Shown: positions 27,631 to 37,645 of the stretch, piece after piece
Layout: the number at the start of each line of letters is the position of its first letter
Numbering within the stretch: position 1 is the first letter of the stretch
IMG/VR virus record: IMGVR_UViG_3300005440_000007
Reading direction: 5' to 3' (one strand)
Source of the DNA: an uncultured virus (IMG/VR IMGVR_UViG_3300005440_000007)
Taxonomy: Duplodnaviria > Heunggongvirae > Uroviricota > Caudoviricetes
Length of the DNA: 64,000 nucleotides
Notes under the pieces: generated by a model
Told to the model about the DNA's origin: nothing
Database searches by the model: none
What the model saw: the letters and a program-made list of their open reading frames with translations, nothing else
Position numbers and translations under genes: made by a program

Positions 27631-28065
27631 ATGGCGGATCATCCAAAGTGCTCCGGATGCCAGAAACCTCTCGAGGAGCGGGAGGGGATCCAGGTCTGGA
27701 AGTCGATTCTCTGCTCCACTTGCTTCATCGACAACGCGGGGAAGTTCCACAGGCCGCTCACACCCGACCAGGTCGCACTGCTGAAGATGATGGGCCGGCA
27801 GCTGGCCGGACATCTACCACCCGATTTCCTTGAAATTATCCTGGTAGGCTTCTGGCGCCGCAGCACCGGCAAAAACGACGCGCCGCCGGCGGAAGAAATG
27901 GCGCTCGTGGTCGGCGAGATCCAGCGCCTCGCGGCTTTCTCCAACCTCACCAAGACCATGAATCTCCTCAAGACCTGGCACAACCTCTTCAACGAGTTCG
28001 TCGAAGAGCAGGAAGAGGAGATCCGATCCACGATCAAACGTCTCACCGATATCGACCAGGCGTGA
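27631..28065 (+). CDS. Zn-finger protein
   Basis: CxxC..CxxC; TAGAAT shortly upstream. Confidence 0.75.
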   Translation: MADHPKCSGCQKPLEEREGIQVWKSILCSTCFIDNAGKFHRPLTPDQVALLKMMGRQLAGHLPPDFLEIILVGFWRRSTGKNDAPPAEEMALVVGEIQRLAAFSNLTKTMNLLKTWHNLFNEFVEEQEEEIRSTIKRLTDIDQA

Positions 28066-28120
28066 TATACTCCGCTCCGGAGAATGCTCCCCCCGGAGCG
28101 TACTCCCTGTTCCCACAGCC

Positions 28121-28159
28121 ACGGGCGGGGTCCCATCAGCCCCCGCCCGTTTCTTTTTT
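28121..28159 (+). terminator. Intrinsic terminator
   Basis: ACGGGCGGGG / CCCCGCCCGT plus T tract. Confidence 0.85.
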
Positions 28160-28174
28160 GAATCCCAAATTCGC

Positions 28175-28203
28175 TTGACAGATTGCCGTATACGGCGTAG
28201 ATT
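28175..28203 (+). promoter_or_regulatory. Sigma70 promoter with CGTATACG operator
   Basis: TTGACA-17-TAGATT; palindrome at 28187-28194. Confidence 0.85.
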
Positions 28204-28209
28204 TAGCCT

Positions 28210-28395
28210 TGTGAGCACCGGACGACGTGAACTTCGCGCTTCCCAAGGGCTGCACCGCCAGCAACACCATCTTGTGTTGTTCGGTGCTCACATCCCGGAC
28301 GCAGGTGGCGGGGAAATGACGGTGCAGTCCCTGGAAGGCGCGGCGGGTCGAGGCCGGGCGTAGGAGGAACGCCCCGGCCGGGGCCCGAAACCCCC
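28210..28395 (+). ncRNA. Structured 5' leader RNA of the replication operon
   Basis: Two long crossing complementarities plus hairpins. Confidence 0.55.
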
Positions 28396-28409
28396 AAAAC
28401 GGACGTGGT

Positions 28410-30236
28410 GTGAAAATGTCGATGGGTGCTAGGCCGAACGCCGTACCGCAGGGTCCCAAGACCAGCCAGACCAAGGACATCAATTCCAAGCTCCCCGCCC
28501 CGTGGCGGTGGACGGCCCAGGACGTGCTGGGCTTCTTCCCGAAGGCTTTCCAGCCCCGCGAGCAGCAGGTCTCGGCGATCAAGCAGATCGCCGACGCGTT
28601 CTCGTCGGGTAAGAAGTACGCCGTCCTCGAGATGCCCACGGGCGGCGGCAAGAGCTTCATCTGCTACTCGTTCGCCGACTGCGTTCGCGAGCACGGCGGG
28701 ACCCACTTCCTGACCATCCAGAAGACCCTTCAGGATCAGTATCAGCGTGACTTTCCGGCGCCCCAGATCGAGGCGCTCAAGGGCCGCTCGAACTACTCCT
28801 GCACCCATCCGGCCGCGACGAAGGGCATGGACGCGGCCCACGGCGTCTGCACCGCGCGGAAGAAGGGCATCCTTCTCGAGTGCGTCGACGTGGACAAGTC
28901 CGGATGGCTGGACTTCGACGAGGACGGAAATCCCCGCGGCATCCTGCGCGCCGCCGGACAGCTTGAGCTTCCGGCCTGCGCTCACCGCTGCCCGTACTGG
29001 GAGCAGCTTCAGAAGTGCAGCGACGCGGGCGTGACCCTCTTCAACTTCTCGAGCTTCCTCTTCCAGAAGAGGATCGGCCGGTTCGGCAAGCGCACTCTCA
29101 TGATCATCGACGAAGGTCACAACGTCGAGGCAGAGCTCATGAAGTTCGTCACGGTCGAGCTCTCCGAATGGGCGCTCTCGCTCGTCGGCATCAAGATCAC
29201 CAAGACGATCTCCAGCAAGGAGCAGTTCACGGAGTGGCTCCGGGAGACCGACCTGCTTCGCCTCGTCCAGGAGGCCACTAAGGCCGCCGAAGAGACCGAA
29301 GACGATCCCGAGGGCTTCGGCAAGGAAGAGGCGGACGCCCTCCGCGAGCTTCAGATGAAGATCGAGAATTTCATGGCCTACCTGGAGAAGACCCAGTGGG
29401 TCCTCGAAACCGTCGCCTATCAGGATCGCAACGGCGACGACCGGCGCAAGATCGTGGCCCGGCCCCTCTACGCGAAGGACTTTGCCGAAGATCTCCTCTT
29501 CCGGCATGCCGATCATGTCCTCTTCATGTCGGCGACCATCCTTGACGTGAACGTCTGGGGCACGAATCTCGGGATCAAGCCCGAGCATCTCGAGCACGTC
29601 CAGAGCCCCTGCGACTTCCCGGTCGAGAACCGCCCGGTCTTCCTCGAGTACGCCGGGAATCTCGGCTACAAGTACTTCACTCCGGAGCAGAATCCTTCGA
29701 ATCCCACGAAGCCCAAGTTCATCCACAAGATCAAGCAGATCATGGCCCGCCACAAGGGGCAGCGCGGCCTCATTCACTGCCACTCGTTCGAGTTCTCCAA
29801 GATCCTCAAGTACGAGGTGGCGGATCCGCGATTCCTCTTCCAGGACGACTTCAAGGGCGACAAGTCCGCGATGCTGGCCGCTCACTCCAAGCGCGAGGAC
29901 AGCGTCATCGTCGCCCCGGCCATGCACGAGGGCTTCGACTTCAAGGACGACCTCTCGCGCTTCCAGATCCTGGCGAAGGTCCCTTGGCCCAGCATGACGG
30001 ACAAGGTGATCAAGGAGCGCATGAATCTCGACAACCGCTGGTATGCGTGGCTCACCGCGCTCAAGATCGTGCAGAGCATGGGCCGCTCGGTCCGTTCGAA
30101 GACCGACTGGGCCTACACCTACATCATCGACCAGGGATTCGACGGGTTCCTCGGCCGGAACGGCCAGATGATCCCGCGCTACATCAAGGACGCGTTCCAC
30201 AAGTACGCGCCCAAAGAGGAAATCCGGAGAGCCTGA
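28410..30236 (+). CDS. DinG/XPD-family SF2 helicase
   Basis: PREQQ, EMPTGGGKS, LKGRSNY.C, CPY, IIDEGH, MSATI, QSMGR..R. Confidence 0.9.
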   Translation: MKMSMGARPNAVPQGPKTSQTKDINSKLPAPWRWTAQDVLGFFPKAFQPREQQVSAIKQIADAFSSGKKYAVLEMPTGGGKSFICYSFADCVREHGGTHFLTIQKTLQDQYQRDFPAPQIEALKGRSNYSCTHPAATKGMDAAHGVCTARKKGILLECVDVDKSGWLDFDEDGNPRGILRAAGQLELPACAHRCPYWEQLQKCSDAGVTLFNFSSFLFQKRIGRFGKRTLMIIDEGHNVEAELMKFVTVELSEWALSLVGIKITKTISSKEQFTEWLRETDLLRLVQEATKAAEETEDDPEGFGKEEADALRELQMKIENFMAYLEKTQWVLETVAYQDRNGDDRRKIVARPLYAKDFAEDLLFRHADHVLFMSATILDVNVWGTNLGIKPEHLEHVQSPCDFPVENRPVFLEYAGNLGYKYFTPEQNPSNPTKPKFIHKIKQIMARHKGQRGLIHCHSFEFSKILKYEVADPRFLFQDDFKGDKSAMLAAHSKREDSVIVAPAMHEGFDFKDDLSRFQILAKVPWPSMTDKVIKERMNLDNRWYAWLTALKIVQSMGRSVRSKTDWAYTYIIDQGFDGFLGRNGQMIPRYIKDAFHKYAPKEEIRRA

Positions 30237-30586
30237 TGGGCCGTCGCCTCGAAATGCCCCCGTCCTGCGCGCGCTGCGGAAAAAGCAACCCGCAGTACGG
30301 GGGCTACTGCAGGAAGTGCGTGAGCCATGCAACATGGCTCCACGCGATCCAGCACGCCTGGGATCCGGCCCAGGTCCGGATCGAGGGGCATCTCTACGAC
30401 ATCAGACCAGAACTTCCTCCCGACAAGAAGTACCCGGAGCCGACCGGCGGCCGGGGGTTCGGTGGTCGCCTTTTCAAGATCCGGTTCTTCGACGGACGTG
30501 ACGTCGAAACCAGAAATCTCTGGAGCATCGGACCGATTCCTGAGGAGTACCGCAAGGCTCTTCCCGACAACGCCAAATTCATTTGA
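30236..30586 (+). CDS. Phage hypothetical protein with Zn finger
   Basis: GFGGR.F.I.F.DGR...T.NLW motif; TGATG coupling. Confidence 0.75.
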   Translation: MGRRLEMPPSCARCGKSNPQYGGYCRKCVSHATWLHAIQHAWDPAQVRIEGHLYDIRPELPPDKKYPEPTGGRGFGGRLFKIRFFDGRDVETRNLWSIGPIPEEYRKALPDNAKFI

Positions 30587-30688
30587 TAGTTCCCTGTCCG
30601 AAAGGAGGTGTCGCAACGCCAATGGAATGTTCTCAAGGCTGAGGAGAGCTGGGAGTTTTTCTGTCCGGGGGAATGTAGGAGGAAACGC

Positions 30689-31870
30689 GTGACCAAAGCA
30701 GTCCAAGAGCAATTCACCAAGGCCAAGAAGGTCAAACGCTACATCAAGGTCGCCCTCTGGGGCGACAAGAAGAGCGGCAAGACCCGATTCGGCCTGTCCT
30801 TCCCGAAGCCGTGCGTGATCGACACGGAGAGGGGAACTCTCCTCTACGCCGACAAATACGACTTCGCCGTGAAGGACGCCAACCGCTGGGCCGAGCTCCT
30901 GCAGGCGCTCGACGCGCTGGAGAAGGGCGGGCACGAATACGAGACGCTCGTGATCGACTCGCTCACCATCTTCTGGCAGGATCTCATCGACGTCCAGATC
31001 GAGTACGTCAAGAACCGGCGCGGCAACGAGGTTCTCTCGACGGGCGACTGGGGTATGATCAAGCGCCGCTGGAAAGGCTTCATCAATCGCCTGGTCGACC
31101 TCGACATGCATGTCGTCCTCGTGATGCGCGAAAAGGACGAGTACACGACTGAGACGGATCAGCGCACCGGCGAGGAAAAGAGCAAGAAGACCGGGGAACA
31201 TCTCCCCGACGCCGAGAAGTCCACCGGCTACGTCTTCGACTTCATCCTCCACCTCGTCACCGAGGAAAACAAGAAGACCAAGACGTCCAAGCACAAGGTG
31301 ATCGTGGACGGCTCGCGGCGCGATGAGATCCCGAAGTACGCGGAGTATGACATCACCGGGAAGCGCGGCTACGAGGTCATCTTCAAGCCCATCGAGTCGA
31401 ACATGCTCGAGGGCGCGCAGGCCAAGCCGCGGGACATTCCCAAGGAGACCGTCCCCGATGCTCCGGCGCCGTCTCAGCAGCAGACGCCCGAGACGTCCTC
31501 CCAGGCAGGCGGACCTCCGGGCCCCAACTCTACGGCTGAGTCGATCGGCGATCTGCTGCGTACCTTCGCCGGGCCCGCCATCGACCCCAGTCAGCCCACC
31601 GTCGACGGCGGCGACATCAAGGTGCTGATGACCCGTTGCGGCCAGATGGCCTGGCCCGACGGCGAGTCCTTCAACAGCAAGGACGGCAAGGCGATGATCC
31701 AGGCGCTCTTCAAGGTGGAGAGCACCAAGGAACTGCGGAAGCCCCAGGTCGACTGGCTGTACGAGCAGTTCGGGCGCGTTCTTTCCAAGCAGGCGCATCT
31801 CGTCCGGGACGAGAAGGGCATCCCGTTCATCAAGGAGGGCCAGCCGACGGCGGCCGCTCCCAGCGCTTAA
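30689..31870 (+). CDS. AAA_24 / Sak4-like ATPase
   Basis: GDKKSGKT, IDTERG, LVIDSLT; AGGAGG RBS. Confidence 0.85.
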   Translation: MTKAVQEQFTKAKKVKRYIKVALWGDKKSGKTRFGLSFPKPCVIDTERGTLLYADKYDFAVKDANRWAELLQALDALEKGGHEYETLVIDSLTIFWQDLIDVQIEYVKNRRGNEVLSTGDWGMIKRRWKGFINRLVDLDMHVVLVMREKDEYTTETDQRTGEEKSKKTGEHLPDAEKSTGYVFDFILHLVTEENKKTKTSKHKVIVDGSRRDEIPKYAEYDITGKRGYEVIFKPIESNMLEGAQAKPRDIPKETVPDAPAPSQQQTPETSSQAGGPPGPNSTAESIGDLLRTFAGPAIDPSQPTVDGGDIKVLMTRCGQMAWPDGESFNSKDGKAMIQALFKVESTKELRKPQVDWLYEQFGRVLSKQAHLVRDEKGIPFIKEGQPTAAAPSA

Positions 31871-31954
31871 CTGGCCCTGAAGCTGAGGGAAAACAGAGCA
31901 GATCAGTAACAGGGATGTGTAGTCAGACGGTTTTTTGGTGGACAAGGAGAGACC

Positions 31955-32536
31955 ATGACGAACCAGAGCGAATTCGGCGATTTCGAGGAGAGTTTTTCGA
32001 AGACCCAGAAGGCGGAAGCCGGGGGCGGCGGCGGGGACCTGATTCCTGAGAGCGTCTACCGGGGCGTCCTCTCTCGCCAGGACGTGCGCGGCGACGGCGT
32101 CCTCGTCGATCACGAGGTGATCAAGAGCAAGGCCGACAGCAAGGGCGTGAAGGTCTTCCTCGAGATCATCGACCCCGCCGAGGTGAAGGTCGGCACCGAG
32201 ATGGTCAAGACGAAGGGCCAGATCCAGGAGCACGTCTTCTGGGTCACCCAGAAGAACCTGCCCTATCTCAAGCGCGACGTGGCGACCATCATCGGACGCG
32301 ATCTCAAGAGCCTCTCGGAGCTCACCACGCTGCAGTGGGCCGGTCTCACCGTCGAGTTCGGCATCAAGCACGAGACGTACAACGGCTTCAAGAACTCCCG
32401 GGTGTCGTTCTTCAACGCGTGGAACCCCAAGAAGGCCGCGGGCGACGGGAAGAAGCAGGAGAACAAGCAGCAGCAGGCCGCGCCGCCGCAGCAGCCGGCG
32501 CAGCCCGCGCAACCGGCCGCGACGCCGGACTTCTAG
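31955..32536 (+). CDS. Putative phage ssDNA-binding protein (DUF669-like)
   Basis: DLIPE..Y N-terminus, Q/P-rich linker, DF tail; follows the Sak4-like gene. Confidence 0.65.
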   Translation: MTNQSEFGDFEESFSKTQKAEAGGGGGDLIPESVYRGVLSRQDVRGDGVLVDHEVIKSKADSKGVKVFLEIIDPAEVKVGTEMVKTKGQIQEHVFWVTQKNLPYLKRDVATIIGRDLKSLSELTTLQWAGLTVEFGIKHETYNGFKNSRVSFFNAWNPKKAAGDGKKQENKQQQAAPPQQPAQPAQPAATPDF

Positions 32537-32553
32537 AGTCAACAAGGCGATCA

Positions 32554-32584
32554 GGGGCGGTTCGGTCCTAGCCCGGACCGCCCC
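32554..32584 (+). terminator. Hairpin downstream of the SSB gene
   Basis: GGGGCGGT / ACCGCCCC. Confidence 0.55.
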
Positions 32585-32710
32585 GTCTCCCCCTTCCGCG
32601 CTTCGGTCCTCCCGGAGCGCGCAGTTGGGGAGACTCCGAGTTGGGTTGGTCCTTGTTGACTGAGGGGGATTCGTGCGTCGCATCATGATTCGTTCATCGG
32701 GAGGAGCCCG

Positions 32711-35140
32711 GTGAGCGAGTACAACACCAGTCTCGAAAGCCGGATCGAGGAATCCTGGAAGTTCATCAAGGAACTCTGGGGAAAGTCCGATCCCAGCTGG
32801 CTCGTTGAAGTCGATCTTCTTCAGTACCGTCCCACCCAGGACGATCCAAACGACCAGCGGATGCGCGGCGTCTTCTACACCGTCGAGCATGCCATCAACA
32901 ACTGGCCTCAGGTCTTCGAAGAGCTCGAGAAGTACAACCGCACTCAAGTTGAAAATCTGCATCAGGGCGTGAATCCGCGTTTCCGCCGCCCGAAGAAGCT
33001 CGGCAAAAACACCGACATCTCTCACTATGTCGCGGCCTGGATCGACGAAGACTTCCGGGACAACGAAGCTGGGATCCGGAAGAACTTCGCCGCCATGGTA
33101 GAGCTGCTCAAGGTCGATAATCTTGAGCCCTCCGTCGTAATCGAAAGCGGACGCGGACTCCATGCCTACTGGCTCTTCGACCAACCCTACCCCGTTGCCG
33201 ATGCTCGGCCAGTCTGCGCCGGGATCCAGAAGCATTTCCAGCTGTCCGACACGATCAACGATCCGCGCCGAGTGCTACGTCTCCCGGGATTCCTGAACCT
33301 CAAGGAGCCAAAGGATCCCCGTTGGTGCCGCGTCGTCGAAGGGGCCAGCTGGAAGCGCTACTCGATCCTCGACTTCAAGAACTACGTGGCTGAACCCGAG
33401 AAAACCCAGGAGGAAAAGGAGGAAGAGGAGCGCGAGAAGAACAAACCGATCACCTATTCACACGACCCGAAGATCGAGCAGGCCAAGGGCGGCGTCTCGG
33501 AGGGCGGCGGACCTCACGGTGGACGCCACCAGTCGGCAGTCGCCCTTGCGGGCCACTGGTGCGCGAAGATCGGGCCGGTCAGGAAGACGGTCCTCTACGC
33601 GATGAATGAGTGGAACGCGAAGAATTCGCCTCCGCTCCCTGACGACGAGATCCTGAAGGTCGTCGAGGACATCATCGAGAAGGAGAAGATCAAGCGGGCC
33701 GAGGAAAAGGACGCCAAAAAGGGCCAGAAGACGATCGAGGAGCTCGAGAAGGAGAAGCGCCGCGTCCAGCTCCCCTGGATCGACGAGGATGGCTCATTCA
33801 ATCCGTCGATTCTGGCCCAGCACTGGGTAAACGAGTACAAGATGCTCTCGACTCCGATCGGTCGAGACGGCCGCGGCGTGGACCTCTATGTCTACGAGAA
33901 TGGCGTCTACGTCCAGAAGGGGAACGCCTTCATCCGGGACAAAACCGATAAGATCCTGGGCTCGGTTAGCCGGGACAAGAACATGGAAGAAGTGCTCAAG
34001 CTCGTGACCGAGCGGGTCAAAATCTCCTACGACGAGATCAACAAGGACGCCAAGAATCTGATCAATGTCAAGAACGGTCTCCTCAATTGGAAAACTGGGG
34101 AGCTCAAGCCGCACGATCCGTCCCTCAGATCCTTGATCCAAATCCAGACCGAATACGATCCGAAGGCGAAGAGCGAGGTTCTCGACAAGTTCATCAACCA
34201 GGTCATGCCTCCGGACTGCATTCCTCTGATCGAAGAGTTCATGGGCTATCTGCTGATCCCCGACACCAGCTTCGCCAAGTGTCTGGTCGCCGTCGGCGAA
34301 GGCGGCAACGGCAAGTCCACCTTCCTTCATCTCGTGGAGAAGATGATCGGAACCATGAACATCTCCCACTACTCGCTCCACGCGATCTCGGAGGACAAGT
34401 TCACCGCCTCCGGCCTGGTCGGGAAACTGTGCAACTTCTACGACGAGCTTGAATCGAAGGTGCTCGAGAACACCGCCACCTTCAAACAGATCGTGGCCGG
34501 CGACCAGATTAAAGCCGAGGAAAAGGGGAAGGCGCCGTTCTCCTTCAAGCCGTTCGCACGCTTGGTCTTCGCCACTAACCAGATGCCCCGGGCGAACGAT
34601 CGTTCGCAGGCCTATTTCGACCGGATCCTGCTCGTCCGGTTCCCGCATCGCTTCCGTGATACGGATCAGGTCATCCTGGACTACGACGAGGTGCTCGCGA
34701 AGACGCCGGGACTGCTGTCGGCGCTCCTCAATCGGGCAATCTCCGGGCTCCAGCGACTCATGAAGCAGAATCGCTTCTCCAAAGCGCAGAGCAGCGCCGA
34801 CGCGATCGACGATTATCAGCGCGAGTGCAACTCCGCGCTCGATTTCCTGCAGGACAATTGCTCCATGAAGGACCCCAACGGCTGGATCAACGGGTCGGAT
34901 CTCTACGACCGGTACAAAGCGTGGTGTTTCGACTCCGGACGAAAGCCTCTATCGCGCCGGGAGTTCGTCAAAAGCCTGAAAGCGGCCAATGTTAGGGAGG
35001 TCAGGCACGGTGACGGGCGCGGATGGGGAGGCATTTCCTGGCTCAACGGCAGGCCACCGGAGACTTCGGACGTTCAAGTGGCCGATTTTACGAAGACGGT
35101 GGAACGAGGCAGCACTGGGCAGGGGCACCTCGATTTTTGA
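32711..35140 (+). CDS. Primase-helicase (RepB-type AEP primase, PriCT, D5/P4-type SF3 helicase)
   Basis: ESGRGLHAYW, RVLRLPG, GEGGNGKST, LVFATN. Confidence 0.9.
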   Translation: MSEYNTSLESRIEESWKFIKELWGKSDPSWLVEVDLLQYRPTQDDPNDQRMRGVFYTVEHAINNWPQVFEELEKYNRTQVENLHQGVNPRFRRPKKLGKNTDISHYVAAWIDEDFRDNEAGIRKNFAAMVELLKVDNLEPSVVIESGRGLHAYWLFDQPYPVADARPVCAGIQKHFQLSDTINDPRRVLRLPGFLNLKEPKDPRWCRVVEGASWKRYSILDFKNYVAEPEKTQEEKEEEEREKNKPITYSHDPKIEQAKGGVSEGGGPHGGRHQSAVALAGHWCAKIGPVRKTVLYAMNEWNAKNSPPLPDDEILKVVEDIIEKEKIKRAEEKDAKKGQKTIEELEKEKRRVQLPWIDEDGSFNPSILAQHWVNEYKMLSTPIGRDGRGVDLYVYENGVYVQKGNAFIRDKTDKILGSVSRDKNMEEVLKLVTERVKISYDEINKDAKNLINVKNGLLNWKTGELKPHDPSLRSLIQIQTEYDPKAKSEVLDKFINQVMPPDCIPLIEEFMGYLLIPDTSFAKCLVAVGEGGNGKSTFLHLVEKMIGTMNISHYSLHAISEDKFTASGLVGKLCNFYDELESKVLENTATFKQIVAGDQIKAEEKGKAPFSFKPFARLVFATNQMPRANDRSQAYFDRILLVRFPHRFRDTDQVILDYDEVLAKTPGLLSALLNRAISGLQRLMKQNRFSKAQSSADAIDDYQRECNSALDFLQDNCSMKDPNGWINGSDLYDRYKAWCFDSGRKPLSRREFVKSLKAANVREVRHGDGRGWGGISWLNGRPPETSDVQVADFTKTVERGSTGQGHLDF

Positions 35141-35399
35141 GCAAATTTTGATGGTTGAGGGGGTTTTAGTGTCGGAAGTGACGGATCCACCCTATTCTGC
35201 TATTATTTTTTCATATTTTAAAATAAAAGGGAGGGGGAGAGGGGCAAAAAAAGAAAAGGCGGGAAATCGAGGGGAGAGTGTACCGGAACCGTCACTTTCG
35301 TCACTTCCACCACCCCAACTGAGAGGGGGGTGTTTGGTCAAATGTTAGATATGACAAAACGTCACAGTTGAACGGTTTTTTGAACTTTTTGGGGTACCG
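35141..35399. other. Putative replication origin
   Basis: AT-rich tract flanked by inverted GTGAC/GTCAC repeats. Confidence 0.55.
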
Positions 35400-35846
35400 A
35401 TGAATCAAGGTGACCTGGACCGGATCGAGGAGCTCAGGAGGGGTGGAATCAAGGAGCGCCTGGCCAAGGGCGCTGGGATCCTGGCCGACCTCTGGCGCCG
35501 CGGGATCCGGTGCGGGAGCGGCTGGAGGAAAGACTGCATCTGCCCGCTCAAGAACGAGTTCTGCGGAGCCAAGAGCAAGTGGGTGGGTCTCCTTGCCGAG
35601 CACCACGCCGGCATCCCATACGGGCTGACCGGCTCCGAGGACTTCTTCGTCATCGAAGCCATGACCCCCCAGATGATCAAAGCCTCCGGCCTGGTGGTGC
35701 TCGTAGAGGTGCCGGGCGCGCGGAAGCCGATCAAGCTCGGAGGTCGTCCGGAGTCCTGGGACATCTTCCCCGAGCTTGGCGTGATGGATCCAGACAACGT
35801 CCCTGCCTTCCTCGAGACCGTCATCCTGATGCAGGAAAAACTCTGA
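35400..35846 (+). CDS. Hypothetical protein
   Basis: Coupled to the next gene. Confidence 0.7.
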   Translation: MNQGDLDRIEELRRGGIKERLAKGAGILADLWRRGIRCGSGWRKDCICPLKNEFCGAKSKWVGLLAEHHAGIPYGLTGSEDFFVIEAMTPQMIKASGLVVLVEVPGARKPIKLGGRPESWDIFPELGVMDPDNVPAFLETVILMQEKL

Positions 35847-36043
35847 TGGCTACGACGTATCGAGGCTGGATCAACGGCCAGGAGAAAGACGCCGACGTCT
35901 TGACGGCGATTGGGATCAAGCTCGGTCCATGGGATCCAAAGTCCGAAGCCTGGACGTTGTGCGAAGTCCCGGCCGACGCGATGGAAAAGCTCAACGGCTG
36001 GTGGGGCCAGTTCATCTGGGGATTGGAGCCCGCAGAGGTATGA
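35846..36043 (+). CDS. Hypothetical protein
   Basis: TGATG coupling. Confidence 0.7.
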   Translation: MATTYRGWINGQEKDADVLTAIGIKLGPWDPKSEAWTLCEVPADAMEKLNGWWGQFIWGLEPAEV

Positions 36044-36228
36044 CGCTGAAGTTCGACAACGGAGATCAGGTCATCCGCGAGGGCCTTTACGTGACCGTTC
36101 GGGTCGGCGATCTCAAGGTGACCCGGAAATACTTCGATCTCTGGAATGCCGAACGCGCGGTTTCGCGCCTTCAGAAAGGGCCAGAGGCCAGGAGGCAATT
36201 CCTCATGAGTTTCAAGGTGAGCGTATGA
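36040..36228 (+). CDS. Hypothetical protein
   Basis: ATGA overlaps. Confidence 0.65.
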   Translation: MTLKFDNGDQVIREGLYVTVRVGDLKVTRKYFDLWNAERAVSRLQKGPEARRQFLMSFKVSV

Positions 36229-36509
36229 CGGTGACGAAGGAAGAACTAGCGGCGCGCGACCTGGTCGACCACTGGATCGGGCAGCACAACGTCCAGATCG
36301 ACACGGAGGGCCTCGAGTACTGGTCTCTCGTCGAGAAGATCCAGACGATTCTGAAGGAACGGGACCAGTACCAGAAGCACGCCGACGAGGGATGGAAACT
36401 CGCAAACAAGCGAACCGAAGAGCGGCAGGAGCTGCTCAAGGTGCTCAAGGTTGTTCGTGGGACGGTCGATCCGCTCGTCGAAAAGTTCAAGCCGCTCCTG
36501 GAGGTTTAG
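36225..36509 (+). CDS. Hypothetical coiled-coil protein
   Basis: ATGA overlap. Confidence 0.7.
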   Translation: MTVTKEELAARDLVDHWIGQHNVQIDTEGLEYWSLVEKIQTILKERDQYQKHADEGWKLANKRTEERQELLKVLKVVRGTVDPLVEKFKPLLEV

Positions 36510-36893
36510 ATGCTTTGCAAAGTGACGAAGGAGGAGGCGGTCCAGTTGAACGTCCTGTCCGACCAGGCTTTCAACGGAATCGGAGCCGGCATGGCGACGG
36601 CGATCGCCATGGTCCACATGTCGGGGAAATCTCCCTGCATGCAGACGAGCGCGCTCGTTCACGGTGCGACCAACCAGCTGATGGCCGTGCTCCTGGGCCA
36701 TCGTCAGTCGCACGGGGAATTCCTGGACGTGAAGACTCTGGGCGATCTCAAGAAGAAACCCGAGGCTTTCCTTGCGCTCGTGGGAGACCTGAACGAACTC
36801 CTCGCCGCCGTGCTTCGGGGAATCGACCCGAAGAACGACTACATGCTTGAGCTCTTCCAGATGGAAAAGAAGGCGGAACCGGAAAAGAAATGA
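36510..36893 (+). CDS. Hypothetical protein
   Basis: GGAGG RBS. Confidence 0.7.
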   Translation: MLCKVTKEEAVQLNVLSDQAFNGIGAGMATAIAMVHMSGKSPCMQTSALVHGATNQLMAVLLGHRQSHGEFLDVKTLGDLKKKPEAFLALVGDLNELLAAVLRGIDPKNDYMLELFQMEKKAEPEKK

Positions 36894-37645
36894 GCCAGCC
36901 CGCGTTCGTCGTGAGCGAGGAAGTTCTCCAGGAGTTCTGGTCTCGCATCAAGAAGATCGAAGACGAGAGCTCCTGCTGGCTGTGGGTCGTCGGCTGGACC
37001 GACAAGGATGGCCGGGGACGCTTCCGCCTGGACGGGAAGAACATGATCTCCTCCCGCGCAGCGCTCCTAATTTCGAAGGGACCTCCCCCGAACGAGAACT
37101 GGGATCTTCAAGCCTGCCATACCTGCGACAACCCCGGGTGCTGTCGTCCTGATCACCTCTTCTGGGGGACTCGCGAGGAGAACATGAAGGACATGGCCAG
37201 GAAGGGCCGCGCCGGGATCCAGCAGCATCCCGAGCGGTACCAGAGGCCCCGGCGTCCCGACGTGAAGTACCGTCCTGTCAAGCAGCCGGGCGCTCCCAAG
37301 GGAATCGACTCCCGGACGTGGACGCGCCTTGCGACGCCGAAGGAGAGGGCTCTTGCCGGCCGCGCGCTCCAGGAACTCGAGACCCAGTTCAACAAGATCG
37401 GATTCGCCCCCGCGCCGCAGCAGCATTTCGACGGTCACCGGATTCGCGTGATCGAGAGCCGGAACCCGGAGTGGTACATCGAGTACGGCCAGAAGTTCTG
37501 GCGAGGCCCAAGGCAATTCGATCTCAAGCGGGAGCGTGTCGTGAAGGCGCTCAAGCGGGTTGTCGGAGGCCGGGTGCGTGGGAACGGTTATGAGGTCGAG
37601 ATTCTTCCATTCTTGGCCGAGCGCTGGCCTGAGGTGACGGGATGA
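36890..37645 (+). CDS. HNH endonuclease with extra C-terminal domain
   Basis: CWLW, ACHTCDNPGCCRPDHL..GT..EN. Confidence 0.85.
   Translation: MSQPAFVVSEEVLQEFWSRIKKIEDESSCWLWVVGWTDKDGRGRFRLDGKNMISSRAALLISKGPPPNENWDLQACHTCDNPGCCRPDHLFWGTREENMKDMARKGRAGIQQHPERYQRPRRPDVKYRPVKQPGAPKGIDSRTWTRLATPKERALAGRALQELETQFNKIGFAPAPQQHFDGHRIRVIESRNPEWYIEYGQKFWRGPRQFDLKRERVVKALKRVVGGRVRGNGYEVEILPFLAERWPEVTG

Noticed and set aside
28210..28342. HDV-like ribozyme (stem order is similar)
   Set aside because: Stem lengths, L3, P1.1 and the catalytic C in J4/2 do not match
28203..33235. Long minus-strand ORFs (710 and 1018 aa) and similar ones such as 14107-15678, 21497-22975, 48921-50402, 56639-58192
   Set aside because: Antisense shadows of strongly GC3-biased real genes; no motifs
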